Shown here: positions 9,510 to 19,787 of the stretch, in pieces
Layout: every line of letters starts with the position of its first letter
How positions within the stretch are numbered: the first letter of the stretch is position 1
Assembly (NCBI GenBank): GCA_003345555.1
Contig: PRDJ01000039.1
Coordinates: 13,530 to 77,529 of the forward strand
DNA: 64,000 bases
From: Candidatus Thorarchaeota archaeon
Lineage (GTDB): Archaea > Asgardarchaeota > Thorarchaeia > Thorarchaeales > Thorarchaeaceae
Direction: 5' to 3'
Notes under the pieces: model-generated
What the model was told of the DNA's origin: nothing
What the model saw: only the letters and a program-made list of their open reading frames with translations
Database searches by the model: none
Program-made: the position numbers and the translations under genes

Positions 9510-9959
9510 TCAGTTCTCTGTCTCCTCGTTTTCCTCGTCTAGCTCAGAAGCTCCAGATTGTTCTTCGGCTTCTGCAGGCTCGCGGGCTGCCTCTTTCTCC
9601 TCGGCAATGGTCTCGGCTTCAATCTCGGGCTCCTCTTCCATCGCAGCCATTGCCTTCTTCTTCTCTCGAGGCACTGTCTTCGGTTTGGTCTTGATAACAT
9701 ACACATAGCCGATCAAGATGCTTGCTGCAGATAACCCAAGCATGACCGCGACGGCTCCGAGGTACCCGAACAACGAAAGAGGGTTCAAGGCGAGATTGGA
9801 CGCGGGAACTCGAAGCAGGGTATACTGAATCCACATAGGAACTACAAAGACAAGTGGAAGACAGATGATAAGAAGCAACACAATCGACATGATGATGTCG
9901 GCCAGTTCTGTTACGACGCGGCTCCCGGTGCCAGCTGCTGATTTCTTGGGGGTCGACAT
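9510..9959 (-). CDS. small two-TM membrane protein with acidic C-terminal tail
   Basis: Two long hydrophobic segments followed by an E/A-rich tail (EEEPEIEAETIAEEKE...DEENEETEN). Confidence 0.45.
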   Translation of the reverse strand: MSTPKKSAAGTGSRVVTELADIIMSIVLLLIICLPLVFVVPMWIQYTLLRVPASNLALNPLSLFGYLGAVAVMLGLSAASILIGYVYVIKTKPKTVPREKKKAMAAMEEEPEIEAETIAEEKEAAREPAEAEEQSGASELDEENEETEN

Positions 9960-10644
9960 TTTGTTGCTCTTCGCGATGGCCCGCCGGGGCTCCCTTTAAA
10001 ACTTTGCCAAAGCTGGAGGCTTGTGTGACACCAGCTCACGCTACTCCGAGTCAATGCCTGGGGCCTGAGAAAGGAGGAGGATCGAGCACTTTTTGCTCTT
10101 GGAGGAGAGAGAGTTCAAGCGGAGAGAACTTGGTCCCAGACAGAATATGAATATGGTATAATGATAGATAAGCGTATGTTGCTCGTAACTTCAGAACGGG
10201 GTGAAATCATCGTGCTATGAGTGCAGTCGCGGATAGTTTCGCTAGAACCGGGACTGAATCGTCGGCTTCGAGGATCCCAGGAAGGCATGTCTACGAATAA
10301 CGACAATGAGATTGTCGCGAGGTCACCATTTTGAAGCTTCACTCCTCGTAGCTAATCATCTGAGACACCACTTGTCAGTCGCCCCTTCTTCATGATGTTC
10401 ACAGCATGGGCCTCCGATTACATTGACCTCGTCAACGTACTCTGTTCGTCGCACCTAACACAAGTCGTTGTTGGCGAAGTTGCGCATTCTCAAGACGGTC
10501 TCATTGCGAACCGAATGTGTACTCCGGAAGGAACCAATCACGCTAGCTCCCTCTTCTAGCGCGTAATCAGTATCCTGCCCATGTTCATTCGGAACAAGGA
10601 GTCTCCGCGCGATATGTTTAAGGCCTGACAAAGGGACCGTCGAA

Positions 10645-11511
10645 ATGAAGAGGTCGAGTTCATACATGAGATACGCTTACGGCTTGTTCTTCGGGGCCAT
10701 GCTGCCAGCAGTGATATTTGCGGAGATAGCAGTCCTAAAGATAGCCGGTTACGGAGTCACAGATCCGGTTGCATTGGCTGGGCTATGGGGCCTCTTCTTG
10801 ATTTGGGTAGGAATATGTGTAATCATACTGGTCGCGCCTCCCCTCGCTGTCTTTTTCACGAATAGAACCATGTTCAGAGAAGTCATGCTATACGAGGTCG
10901 GAGGCTTGGCCCTATTCACCCCCATATGGTTCGCAATTTCGACGGAACTGTCAGGTGGTTCGTGGATTGCCACTCTTTTGACTGGGGTCAAAAGCGCAAT
11001 CCCTGTTCTTGGAGAGGGCTGGACGATTGTAGGAGCGGATGTCGGTCCAGTAATACTCGCGCCATCGCTACTTGTCATGATTATACTTGGTGCAATACTA
11101 TTGCGACCTTCCTTCATAGAAAGGTATAGTCTGCCGGCAGAGTCCCGAGAGGCACGCGCACCGAAGGAGAAACCTGTGACACCGAAAGAGAAACCTGTGA
11201 CGCCAAAGGCAAAACCTGTTGCGCCAAAAGCGAAACCAACACCCGAGGGAGAATCCATTGAGACAGAGATGCCAGGAGTCGCCGCTCCGGTTCCTGACGA
11301 GAGAAGTGTCAACGAACTCAAGTCGTTGCTGAACGAGATTGGGGCATCAGATGCAATTGTGAGGGCAATTATGGGGGCAGGCATTGCCACAGTGACAGAC
11401 TTGGTTTCAACGAGTCCGGAACAGCTAGTAGCCATGACAGGACTAGACCGGACGACTGCTGAGAATCTTCACGTGGCTGCGCAGAAGAAGGTGTGGTTTG
11501 GCGGCATATAA
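10645..11511 (+). CDS. polytopic membrane protein with Pro/Lys-repeat linker and C-terminal tandem helix-hairpin-helix (HhH) motifs
   Basis: About 5-6 predicted TM helices in the first 170 aa, then PKEKPVTPKEKPVTPKAKPVAPKAKP repeats, then GAGIATVTDL...LVAMTGLDRTTAENL, which resembles (HhH)2 DNA-binding modules such as the RadA N-domain or ComEA C-domain. Confidence 0.55.
   Translation: MKRSSSYMRYAYGLFFGAMLPAVIFAEIAVLKIAGYGVTDPVALAGLWGLFLIWVGICVIILVAPPLAVFFTNRTMFREVMLYEVGGLALFTPIWFAISTELSGGSWIATLLTGVKSAIPVLGEGWTIVGADVGPVILAPSLLVMIILGAILLRPSFIERYSLPAESREARAPKEKPVTPKEKPVTPKAKPVAPKAKPTPEGESIETEMPGVAAPVPDERSVNELKSLLNEIGASDAIVRAIMGAGIATVTDLVSTSPEQLVAMTGLDRTTAENLHVAAQKKVWFGGI
11161..11244. repeat. 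tandem ~24-nt in-frame repeat encoding (PKEKPVT)-like units
   Basis: ccgaaggagaaacctgtgaca / ccgaaagagaaacctgtgacg / ccaaaggcaaaacctgttgcg / ccaaaagcgaaacca seen directly in the sequence. Confidence 0.7.
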
Positions 11512-11660
11512 GGAAACGACGCAATCACAGTGCCTAGCCGTTCTAAGGAGGCAATGCGGCATGCTGCCAGACAGTGTCAGACGGTTACTTGTCATATGAG
11601 AACGAGGGCGGCCTATTCGTACGAGGTTGAACCTAGTTTCCAGAGAAGCAGAAGCCCCAC

Positions 11661-12437
11661 CTAGCGATTCGCCATTTTCTTCAGTGCATCAAGAGCTACG
11701 AGCGTGAGGTTGTCTATCTTAGGCTTTCCCACGATTTTCGCTTCCTTGTCAATCGATTCCCCCACTATCACACATGCAGTGCCGACTCTGACTTGCCTGA
11801 CCTGACCCAGAACAAAAAGTGCAGCAGATTCCATTTCTGTGGCGATGACATTCGCCCTACGGAGCGTCTGCCAGTAGTTGCGCATCCGTTCTGGGTCTGT
11901 GACCATCTCCGGGAATTCGCTGTAGAATGCATCTTTGGTATGTCCAATCCCCATCCGATATTTCACTCCTCTTGCCTTTGCAGAGTCAGCCAGTGCTCTC
12001 ACAATTCCGGGATCAGCGACGGCAGGGAACTCGATTGGGGCGTATTGTCTGGATGTTCCTTCGTCTCGGACTGCTCCTGTGAATATGACGAGGTCCCCGG
12101 CCTTGAGAGAGGGCTCAATAGCACCCGCAGTACCAACTCGTATGAATGTTGTACAGCCGACCTTAATCAGCTCCTCTAGGGCAATCGCGGCTGATGGGCA
12201 TCCGATACCCGTTGAACATACGCCAACAGAGACTCCTTCATACTTACCCCTGTAGCTCCAGTACTCCCTGTGCCGGGCAATCTCCTGTGAATCCTTGAAG
12301 AATCCCTCTGCGATTAAACGGGCTCTATCCGGATCCCCCGGCAGAAGTACTAACGGCGGAATCTCACCGGGCGCGATGGCTATGTGATACTCAGGTTCAC
12401 GGGTCACCCAATCACCAACGAGTGGGCCGCCGTGCAA
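11661..12437 (-). CDS. nucleoside phosphorylase, PNP/UDP family 1 (DeoD/Udp-like)
   Basis: GVCSTGIGCPSAAIALEELIKVG, FIRVGTAGA and ATEMESAALF are hallmark PNP_UDP_1 motifs. Confidence 0.8.
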   Translation of the reverse strand: MHGGPLVGDWVTREPEYHIAIAPGEIPPLVLLPGDPDRARLIAEGFFKDSQEIARHREYWSYRGKYEGVSVGVCSTGIGCPSAAIALEELIKVGCTTFIRVGTAGAIEPSLKAGDLVIFTGAVRDEGTSRQYAPIEFPAVADPGIVRALADSAKARGVKYRMGIGHTKDAFYSEFPEMVTDPERMRNYWQTLRRANVIATEMESAALFVLGQVRQVRVGTACVIVGESIDKEAKIVGKPKIDNLTLVALDALKKMANR

Positions 12438-12551
12438 TTCTAATAAAAAGCGTTTCTCCGGGACTCTCCTTTGGCATTGATCGTGAGACGCGTGCTGCCG
12501 AGGAATTCATCGACATAGTTAAAAGTGCTAATCAGAGGCCGCCCAGAAGTG

Positions 12552-12788
12552 ATGACTATGAGCAGCGATCTTACAGATCTTGAACAAAAGGTTCTGAGTC
12601 TTGTCAAGAAAGACAGTCATAGACCCTCGGCTATCGCAAGAACACTTACTGCACGTCATGTTGCGTGTGATCAGAACCAGATAGTCGCTGCGCTTGTAAG
12701 CCTTGAGAGCAGAGGGCTAGTGGAAAGATTCACCTCCAAGACCTGGGTGGCTACGTCCAAAGGCCAGTCTGAGGCAGAGCAGACCTAG
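12552..12788 (+). CDS. small winged-helix DNA-binding protein
   Basis: 78 aa; LEQKVLSLVKKDSHRPSAIARTLTARHVACDQNQIVAALVSLESRGLVER reads as an HTH-wing. The ORF-track GTG at 12525 is probably over-extended; ATGs sit at 12552 and 12558. Confidence 0.4.
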   Translation: MTMSSDLTDLEQKVLSLVKKDSHRPSAIARTLTARHVACDQNQIVAALVSLESRGLVERFTSKTWVATSKGQSEAEQT

Positions 12789-14476
12789 GTCAGCTTCAAT
12801 CCGCATTTCGGACAGGATTTGCTGGCACCCGGTACTTCGCTTCCACACTTGGGACATTTTCCAGCATATCTGTCCCACTCTGCGATAACATGTTCCTTGA
12901 CCCCTTCTTTCAACAACTGCCTTGCATCGATTTGATCCAAACCCGACTCCATTTGCGCCCGAGCTCCTCCAGCAAGGAGCATGTTGCCTTCGAGACATGT
13001 TTTCTGGAGGCTGTTCCTGAATGCCGAGATGGTTCCGGAAAGGTCAGAGATCATGGTTTGGAGATATCCGTCAAGGTTTCGGTCAACCGGGACCTCTTTG
13101 AGTGGAACAGAAAACCTCTCTGAGGGCAGCATCGAAGGCGTGAAGACCTTCGTCTCTCCAGCATCATATATGGCAACAAACACTTCGATGTCGAGATGGG
13201 TCAAGGGAGCTAAATCCCTGATTCTGTTGCTTTCGAATTCAAACGCAGCGAGGTTCAGCGCCTCGGTTCTTAGTTCATCGATGCGCTGTCCAATTGCTCT
13301 CTTCAGTGCACCAACAGATTCTGTGGCCGCATCCAGAATCTCATCGAGCTCGTTCTCGTGTTCAGTGTGCTCCATATCGAACTCGACGATTCGATGCTGG
13401 TGTTCTCTAATCTGAGAGTCCAGCGATTCTGCTATCTTTGCCTTTTCCCCGTCTATTGTCCGAGTGAGAACGGCCACCTTCTCGAGGGTTTGTGTCGCCT
13501 TCGCTTTTACATCGTCTATGCTCTCTGTGTATTGACTGATATGCCCTGAAAGGAAACCGACAAGACTATCGAATTCATCGATCGCCCCGTCTATGTCTTC
13601 TCCCTTTTGTCCAATGACGATGCGGCTCTCTCTTATCTTGTCAAGTATCTGAACAAAGAACTGCTCCAACGCCGTGCTTTCTCTTGCGAACTCTGCAGTA
13701 AGGGCGCGTAGACCGATTCTGTACTTCGTTTCAATGTCGGAGAGAGCATCTCTCTTCTTCTCTGCCATTTCTGCCGATTCAAGATTGACGATATCCTCCA
13801 GTGATTGTGATCGCCTCCTCCATCGTTCCTTCTCCGTCTTCACAGTGTCGGACAGAGTCTCGCCTCGCGAGGCGATTCTTTCCTCGGCAAGCCTCTGGAG
13901 TTCCTGGCAGGCCGCTATTCTGTTGTCTCGTGATTCTATGATATGTTGAAATTGCTGGCTTATACTGAGTGCTCCTTGCGAGTCGAGTCTGGAATCAGGT
14001 CTGTTAGGTCTGTATGTTGGTTCGGTCTCTTCAAACCAACTTGCTGTACTCACGACCGCATCTGGTTTTTCGAGGTGCCTGACGTAATCCGCTTTGCGTT
14101 CAACACTGCCTAGGTATGTCAATGCTTGCTCGACAGCTGGAGGGATATCTCTTGGCTCAGGGACCTCACCTAACGACTTCCTCAGAGATCCGGTCGCTGT
14201 ATTCTCGGTGAACTCAAGGGCGGTGGTTCTGTCACTCATTTCAGAGAGCAGTATCGAGCTCGTGCTTGACACCTGAACTATCCAGAATGGGATTGAGACT
14301 GGGGCGAGAATCGCGATTCTCTTCCCGGCACCATAAGAATCCGCTAGCATAAACCCGAGAGAAGTGGCGATGTGGTTCGGCTCGCTCTTGGGCCTGCCAC
14401 CGACCACGGAATTCGCAAAGCTCATACATATCTGACGGACCATACCACTAACCTCTGACAGGCCGCCAGTGCACAC
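12785..14476 (-). CDS. large coiled-coil protein with C-terminal CPKCG..CPKCG zinc ribbon
   Basis: 563 aa with long heptad-like E/R/L-rich stretches; C-terminus KCPKCGSEVPGASKSCPKCGLKLT; no NTPase motifs seen. Confidence 0.5.
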   Translation of the reverse strand: MCTGGLSEVSGMVRQICMSFANSVVGGRPKSEPNHIATSLGFMLADSYGAGKRIAILAPVSIPFWIVQVSSTSSILLSEMSDRTTALEFTENTATGSLRKSLGEVPEPRDIPPAVEQALTYLGSVERKADYVRHLEKPDAVVSTASWFEETEPTYRPNRPDSRLDSQGALSISQQFQHIIESRDNRIAACQELQRLAEERIASRGETLSDTVKTEKERWRRRSQSLEDIVNLESAEMAEKKRDALSDIETKYRIGLRALTAEFARESTALEQFFVQILDKIRESRIVIGQKGEDIDGAIDEFDSLVGFLSGHISQYTESIDDVKAKATQTLEKVAVLTRTIDGEKAKIAESLDSQIREHQHRIVEFDMEHTEHENELDEILDAATESVGALKRAIGQRIDELRTEALNLAAFEFESNRIRDLAPLTHLDIEVFVAIYDAGETKVFTPSMLPSERFSVPLKEVPVDRNLDGYLQTMISDLSGTISAFRNSLQKTCLEGNMLLAGGARAQMESGLDQIDARQLLKEGVKEHVIAEWDRYAGKCPKCGSEVPGASKSCPKCGLKLT

Positions 14477-14520
14477 TCGGGTAATTATGTGTTGTCGGTA
14501 ATCAGCGTCAAATTACATCG

Positions 14521-15507
14521 CTAGATTGTCTTCACTAGCGAATCAACGACGTTGTATGTGCTCTCTGGTCTTCGCTCGCAGAACACGTGCGTATGTATTG
14601 TGTTGGATGTCACTATGCGTCCCCGACTCTTATCGACGAGGTTCTCAAGAAGCTGTTCACCCTTGTCCGCGAGTGGCATCACGTGAACCACAGCCAGTCC
14701 CACATCAGATGCGCCCTGAGCCTTGAGTCTCTCGGCTGCTTTCAGCAAAGTTGTGCCGCTCTTCGTTAAGTCGTCAATCAGAATGACCTTCTTACCTTTG
14801 ACGCTCACATCTCCTGAAAGCTGCACCGAATAGGAGTTGTCGCGCTTCTTTCCGAAGCCCTCTACTGCGAATCGCTCTTGACCTCCCTCGTCAGGGGTGA
14901 CGATAGAGTACTTATCAAACCCAAACTTCGCAGCTGCGAACTTGATTAGGTCCGGCATGATATCGATTTCTTCGTAAACACCTTTAGCTGCGACTGCTTT
15001 CACCCATGGAAGATTCGGGTTTGCATGCGGATTGACGACCCACACTTTGTTGCATGCCCTTGCTATCTGCTCTGCCGCCCATTTGCATGATATTGCTTCG
15101 CCCGTCTTGAATGCTTTGTCTTGGAGAGCGAACGGTTGAAAAGTGAGGACGACCTCAACGTGAGAAGGGGACACGATTGGCTCGCATTGGTACTGCTTAT
15201 GACCCACTTCCTCTACACGACAGGGTTTTGCAAGAATGTCGAGTATCAGAAGTAGCTCCACCACTCGGTCAGATGTGGTAAACACTTCCTTGTCAGTTCG
15301 ACTGGATCCAGTACAACTCTGAATAACGATAACCTTACGATCGGATAGCATTTCGACATCCGGAATGCGCGCGTATACGTCCGCATTGGGAAACATCCGT
15401 CGGCCATCATAGTTCATCGCGCATTTGAAAACACGATATCCATGCTTCTCAAAACCCTCTCTAAGGTGTTCAGCACCACTGGCAAGGACTACGTCGTATT
15501 CCTTCAT
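14521..15507 (-). CDS. prs: ribose-phosphate pyrophosphokinase-like protein (PRTase domain)
   Basis: PRPP-binding motif KVILIDDLTKSGTTL in the C-terminal half; an N-terminal domain of compatible size precedes it. Confidence 0.65.
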   Translation of the reverse strand: MKEYDVVLASGAEHLREGFEKHGYRVFKCAMNYDGRRMFPNADVYARIPDVEMLSDRKVIVIQSCTGSSRTDKEVFTTSDRVVELLLILDILAKPCRVEEVGHKQYQCEPIVSPSHVEVVLTFQPFALQDKAFKTGEAISCKWAAEQIARACNKVWVVNPHANPNLPWVKAVAAKGVYEEIDIMPDLIKFAAAKFGFDKYSIVTPDEGGQERFAVEGFGKKRDNSYSVQLSGDVSVKGKKVILIDDLTKSGTTLLKAAERLKAQGASDVGLAVVHVMPLADKGEQLLENLVDKSRGRIVTSNTIHTHVFCERRPESTYNVVDSLVKTI

Positions 15508-15672
15508 GTTCGTCAGGCCGCGAGGAACGGCCCTCTAATAGAGTTGTCCCCTTCCCAAGCTGGGAAAGGTCGGGGCCATTCTGTTTGGAATTCTTGTTCT
15601 TTGACATTGATATGACATGTACGACAACCTAAAATGAATTGTGTGGCGAAGGAAGCATAATAGAAAAGGTAC

Positions 15673-16401
15673 GTGCTCTTAGTGATTCTCACAGCCCGTG
15701 ATCTGTTGCGAAAGATTGCCCAGGATTCGGGCCTAGACTACCCAGAGGTAGCTAAGCGGGTCAATCGAGACATGAGCAAGGGCAGGGGCTTTCTCCAGTC
15801 GGTGGGAATCATCGTTGAACAGATCGGGCTGAATCCTGAGCAGTACCGTTTAAACCCCGTATCAATAGTGGATGAGGCATTGAGAATACTGCGTCGAGAT
15901 TATTCGCAGACCCTAATGATGTCTGCAGTTCTGGCACGAATGGTGGAATCAGATGCAAAGGACGCTCTTCCTCCTCCCGCTTTTTTTGCTTTTCTTGAGT
16001 TACTATCGGCTATTCCAGACGCTCCCCAGCACAATAAGAGTGAACGGAGTGTCGCAGTGGATGAGGACACCACTAGGGTCATTGAGCTCCTTACAACACT
16101 CGTTTCACTTGTGTGTGAGTGGTCGAAGGACGGGATTCGGGGAGTTGCCACGGACTGTCCGGAGTCCCTTGTTCCGATAGCCCGGTCTGTGTTTCGAAAG
16201 ACCAAGCTTTACCAAGGGGGCCTCTGGACCTGCATATCGTGTGGAAGAATAGTGGGAATCAAAGAGACACACGCGCTGGTCTGCGATGAGTGCGATGTAA
16301 AGATGTCTCGTGTTCTCCCAGTGGTGGATCGCTTGACTTCGAAGGAGCCTGAAAGAAGGGTCTACGGGCGTGCTGACCACGGTGAGCCTTTCAAGAGATA
16401 G
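15673..16401 (+). CDS. hypothetical protein with C-terminal Cys4 zinc ribbon
   Basis: CISCGRIVGIKETHALVCDECD near the C-terminus; otherwise helical, no known motif. Confidence 0.45.
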   Translation: MLLVILTARDLLRKIAQDSGLDYPEVAKRVNRDMSKGRGFLQSVGIIVEQIGLNPEQYRLNPVSIVDEALRILRRDYSQTLMMSAVLARMVESDAKDALPPPAFFAFLELLSAIPDAPQHNKSERSVAVDEDTTRVIELLTTLVSLVCEWSKDGIRGVATDCPESLVPIARSVFRKTKLYQGGLWTCISCGRIVGIKETHALVCDECDVKMSRVLPVVDRLTSKEPERRVYGRADHGEPFKR

Positions 16402-16558
16402 CTTCAAGGGTACCTCAATAACGAGATTGCCAGCGCCTTAGGGAGAAATAGTGTGACGTGGGTGTCCTCCGTGTCGGCAATGCGATATTCACGGGGGCCC
16501 GCACGTCTTTGGTTAATCTAGATCCGGATTCCGTCCCCTTTCGCCAGGCACCATCTGC

Positions 16559-16843
16559 CTAGTGATGAGTCAGGGCCTCTTCAACAACGCTGAGTGAGAC
16601 CTTGGGACTTGCAGACTCCATTTCCTTTAGTTGCTTGCGCGCTTTCTCGGTAATCTCGAATCGAGGACCGCCTGTCAGAGACCAATCCCTGGACTCGACA
16701 CGTCGAGCAAGCCCTGCCTTCTCGAGAGACTCAAGAATCGGCAACGGTTCTGCAATATTCGTATGCAATGACACGAAACCCAGTGGGCAGGATCCCTTAG
16801 CCATATCCAGCGCTTGTAGTACAGTAATCATTTTCTTGTCCAT
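16559..16843 (-). CDS. small winged-helix protein
   Basis: 94 aa; ILESLEKAGLARRVESRDWSLTGGPRFEITEKARKQL resembles a wHTH recognition helix plus wing. Confidence 0.4.
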   Translation of the reverse strand: MDKKMITVLQALDMAKGSCPLGFVSLHTNIAEPLPILESLEKAGLARRVESRDWSLTGGPRFEITEKARKQLKEMESASPKVSLSVVEEALTHH

Positions 16844-16867
16844 TCTTTCACCTCATTTCGTTCTTGA

Positions 16868-18094
16868 TCAATGACTCCCCTTGTTGATGCGTCGTTCCAT
16901 TGCTTTCTGGACCCTTTCCTTTGCAATCATCATTGCAACGGCCCTCGGAAGCATCACGACATCACCGCTGATTGAGCTGGTCAACACCAGCTTCGTGTTC
17001 TCCCTGATCTTGGAATCGATCATGGCGAACGCTTCATCGATGCTCTTGCCAAGATACTCAGCATAAGAGCCTATCACGCCTCCAGAGTTGGCAAGCATAT
17101 CGGGCAGAATTAGAATGCCCTTCTTGAAGAGTATCTCTTCTCCGGCTGGAGTCGTCGGGTTGTTTGCACCTTCAACTATGAGCCCTGCTCTGATCTTGCT
17201 TGCATTGCGGTCCGTGATGACATTTCCAACCGCAGCCGGAATCAGCACATCACATTCTACTTCGAGAACCTCGTCTCTGCCAATCTCTTTGGCTCCCTTG
17301 CAGTGTTTACAGGAGTGTGCCTCATCTGTTGCGTACGCATGCTTCATTGCTACGTCAATGTCAATGCCTTTGGCACTGTAAGCTCCTCCCCAGAAGTCTC
17401 CTATGGCTACGATTTTTGCACCCTTGCGAACGAGATACTTAGCCACTTCCGATCCCACATTGCCAAATCCATGGATTGCGACTGTGAGACCATCGACTGT
17501 CTTTTGGACCGGGACAAACTCAGAGAGTATGCCTAGCGTTGTCTCTATACCGACCCCAAGTCCGAAACCCGTCGTTCCAAGTTCATGAGGAATTCCTCCC
17601 ATTCTCTCAGGCTTTCCAGTTGCAGCCTTCTTGTCGCCAATGACTTCGACAAATGCTGCGATTTCTTCTTCACCTACGTTCATGTCAGGGGCAGAAACCC
17701 ATTCGTCTGGCACGTGAGCTGATACAGCTCTTGCGAATGACCTGACATAGGACAGCTTGTCAATTGAATATGGATCTGCATTAATGCCGCCTTTGGCTCC
17801 TCCGAATGGAAGACCCGCAAGTGAGCATTTCCAGGTCATTGTCCTCGCTAGGCCGAAGACTTCATGCGGCGTTAGGCCTGCTCTGATTCTAAAGCCGCCC
17901 TTTCCTGGGCCCAGTGCCGTATTGTCTATGATGAGCATCCCTTCCATACCCAGGTTCGGGTCATAGACACGAAGGACCTTCTCAGGGCCCCATTTGTCAC
18001 TGAAAGCAGCAACGTTAACATCCTCGAGCATTCGCTCGAGCATAGCCATCTGCTGCGATTGAACTTCTGTCGATGCATCCTTCAATGTTGCCAT
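16868..18094 (-). CDS. gdhA: glutamate dehydrogenase (paralog 1)
   Basis: GGAKGG, the K-containing active-site region and the GFGNVG Rossmann motif; 408 aa. Confidence 0.9.
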   Translation of the reverse strand: MATLKDASTEVQSQQMAMLERMLEDVNVAAFSDKWGPEKVLRVYDPNLGMEGMLIIDNTALGPGKGGFRIRAGLTPHEVFGLARTMTWKCSLAGLPFGGAKGGINADPYSIDKLSYVRSFARAVSAHVPDEWVSAPDMNVGEEEIAAFVEVIGDKKAATGKPERMGGIPHELGTTGFGLGVGIETTLGILSEFVPVQKTVDGLTVAIHGFGNVGSEVAKYLVRKGAKIVAIGDFWGGAYSAKGIDIDVAMKHAYATDEAHSCKHCKGAKEIGRDEVLEVECDVLIPAAVGNVITDRNASKIRAGLIVEGANNPTTPAGEEILFKKGILILPDMLANSGGVIGSYAEYLGKSIDEAFAMIDSKIRENTKLVLTSSISGDVVMLPRAVAMMIAKERVQKAMERRINKGSH

Positions 18095-18349
18095 TCTTCA
18101 TCGCTCTTCTGGCTTCTTTGTTGAAGCTCGTGCCTTTCTCGCCGAGTGGAGTACACTTAACTCCGGTGGACCCCCGACCGGAGACCAGTGCCAAAGAATG
18201 TACCAAAGTGGCTTGGAAAGTGCATTTGCATACCATTCATCCAGACGTTATGTGCAGAAAGTACACTTATAGTGGGCTTGCCTACCGCTGGCATTTTTGG
18301 TATTGCATTCACACAAAAGTATTAATTATGTCACATTGGTCCCATCTGT

Positions 18350-19432
18350 GTGCCAGATCTTCTATCCGACAAGAGCAATCTCACTATTCTTGAGGAATTG
18401 GTATCGGGACAAGCGGTTGGTGTCAATCTTAGCGAACTTTCTCGGGTTCTAGGTCATCATAGGCACACAATTGCAGGCAGGGTTCAAGACCTCATGGACC
18501 ACGGAGTCCTAGATGTCCCACATGTTCCGTTCATCGGCTTGGGCAGGGTCTACCCTCTGTTCGTGATTCTATACCTTGAAGCTCCAGATGACGCTCGATT
18601 TGAGAAATGGATTAAGGAAGACCCGTATATATTCGCGGCTTTCAGAACTAGGCAATCAGACTTCAACACCCTGCTGTTCGTATACCACCAGGACTTGACG
18701 AGCTATCTCCGGTGGAGGGAGTCCCTTCCCTCAATCATGAGAACTGAGTATGACATTCCCGAAGAGATGGCCTCATTTCTATCTAGTTCATTCTATCACT
18801 CTAACGAACTGACAATCAAACATGAACCCTCTTCTGGGTTGAGTCTTATGATGAAGGAGGCTCACCATAACAACTCTCAGCATCTGAACGGACTTAGTCT
18901 CGCAGACCTTGATTTCGAGATACTGAAGTGCCTTACTTCCGGTGTGGGTCTCAAGATCAATGAAGCACATTTGTGTCAGAAGACGGGATTGCATCGAAAG
19001 ACTGTCGAGAAGCGAATTGCGTCGATGATGGAGGAAGAATACATCTCCCGCCCGGTGTGCAATTTTCCCAACTACTTCGTCCCTCCTGACTACATACTGA
19101 CACTGTCGCTGGTAGAGGTGAAGAAACAGTGGGAGAAAATCGTGCGCGAGATTGTTGTCGACCCGCATGTTCCCATGGCTCTCAGGACCGTGCAAGGAAG
19201 GTACAATCTCCTAATACTCGGAAACCACGAGAGCATAGGCGACTATCTTCAATGGGACGAAGGATACAGGGAGAGATTCCCTGGGGCATTTGGTGGTGCC
19301 AGCGTTACATACCTGACACCCCGCATGACCATCTCCTTCAACTACAATATCGTTGCTCTGATGTTCATCCGGAAGAAAATGGAGATGTATAAAGGAAGAA
19401 AGTTCAGGGAGCTTCTTGAACCAAGACACTAG
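18350..19432 (+). CDS. tandem Lrp/AsnC-like HTH transcriptional regulator
   Basis: Two modules, each with an AsnC-type HTH (SNLTILEELVSGQAVGVNLSELSRVLGHHRHTIAGRVQDLMDHGVL and DLDFEILKCLTSGVGLKINEAHLCQKTGLHRKTVEKRIASMMEEEYI) followed by ~100 aa. A TATA-like attaattat lies ~25 nt upstream of the GTG start. Confidence 0.55.
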   Translation: MPDLLSDKSNLTILEELVSGQAVGVNLSELSRVLGHHRHTIAGRVQDLMDHGVLDVPHVPFIGLGRVYPLFVILYLEAPDDARFEKWIKEDPYIFAAFRTRQSDFNTLLFVYHQDLTSYLRWRESLPSIMRTEYDIPEEMASFLSSSFYHSNELTIKHEPSSGLSLMMKEAHHNNSQHLNGLSLADLDFEILKCLTSGVGLKINEAHLCQKTGLHRKTVEKRIASMMEEEYISRPVCNFPNYFVPPDYILTLSLVEVKKQWEKIVREIVVDPHVPMALRTVQGRYNLLILGNHESIGDYLQWDEGYRERFPGAFGGASVTYLTPRMTISFNYNIVALMFIRKKMEMYKGRKFRELLEPRH

Positions 19433-19787
19433 ATCATCGCATTCGAGGGTTCATGCGGAGAACTAGTCTTCCAGCGTGAGCTCGCGAGAAATAAAGCCAC
19501 ACTGAAGTCCTTTGGCCTTCATCGATAGTGGCCGTATGCTCTGTGCTCGGACACGATTGCACGAGACCGCCAGAATGACATATCAGTCCATCAGTCTGAG
19601 CCAAGATTGCTGCATTTGGAATCAGAAATGCTCTTGGGTGCAAGAAGCTCGTAAAAACAGGGTCCTGATTGTCCACGGTTGCTATTTGACCGTGCATCTT
19701 TAATAGGTGGAGCTTCAAGCCGCGGATGGCTTCCTTATCACTTCTCAAGGGAGGAATATCAACTTGGAAGAGGAAACACACGGCAGC

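Noticed and set aside
10480-10585. SRP-RNA-like helix-8 motif (CCGGAAGGAACCAA, a GGAA tetraloop with a flanking 7-bp long-range pairing CCGAATG...CATTCGG and an inner GCTAG..CTAGC hairpin) in the 685-nt gap between 9959 and 10645
   Set aside because: The universally conserved G of the AGCA(A/G) SRP54-binding loop is a C here. I could not trace an Alu-domain or helix-5 pairing by eye. It is probably a promoter or UTR structure. It would need an Infernal scan.
19707-19787. ORF-track N-terminal extension of GDH2 (MELQAADGFLITSQ...)
   Set aside because: The GTG start lies inside the TATA-like element ctttaatagg. The conserved GDH N-terminus begins at MANNPFEIA (19788). The extension is not conserved among the three paralogs.
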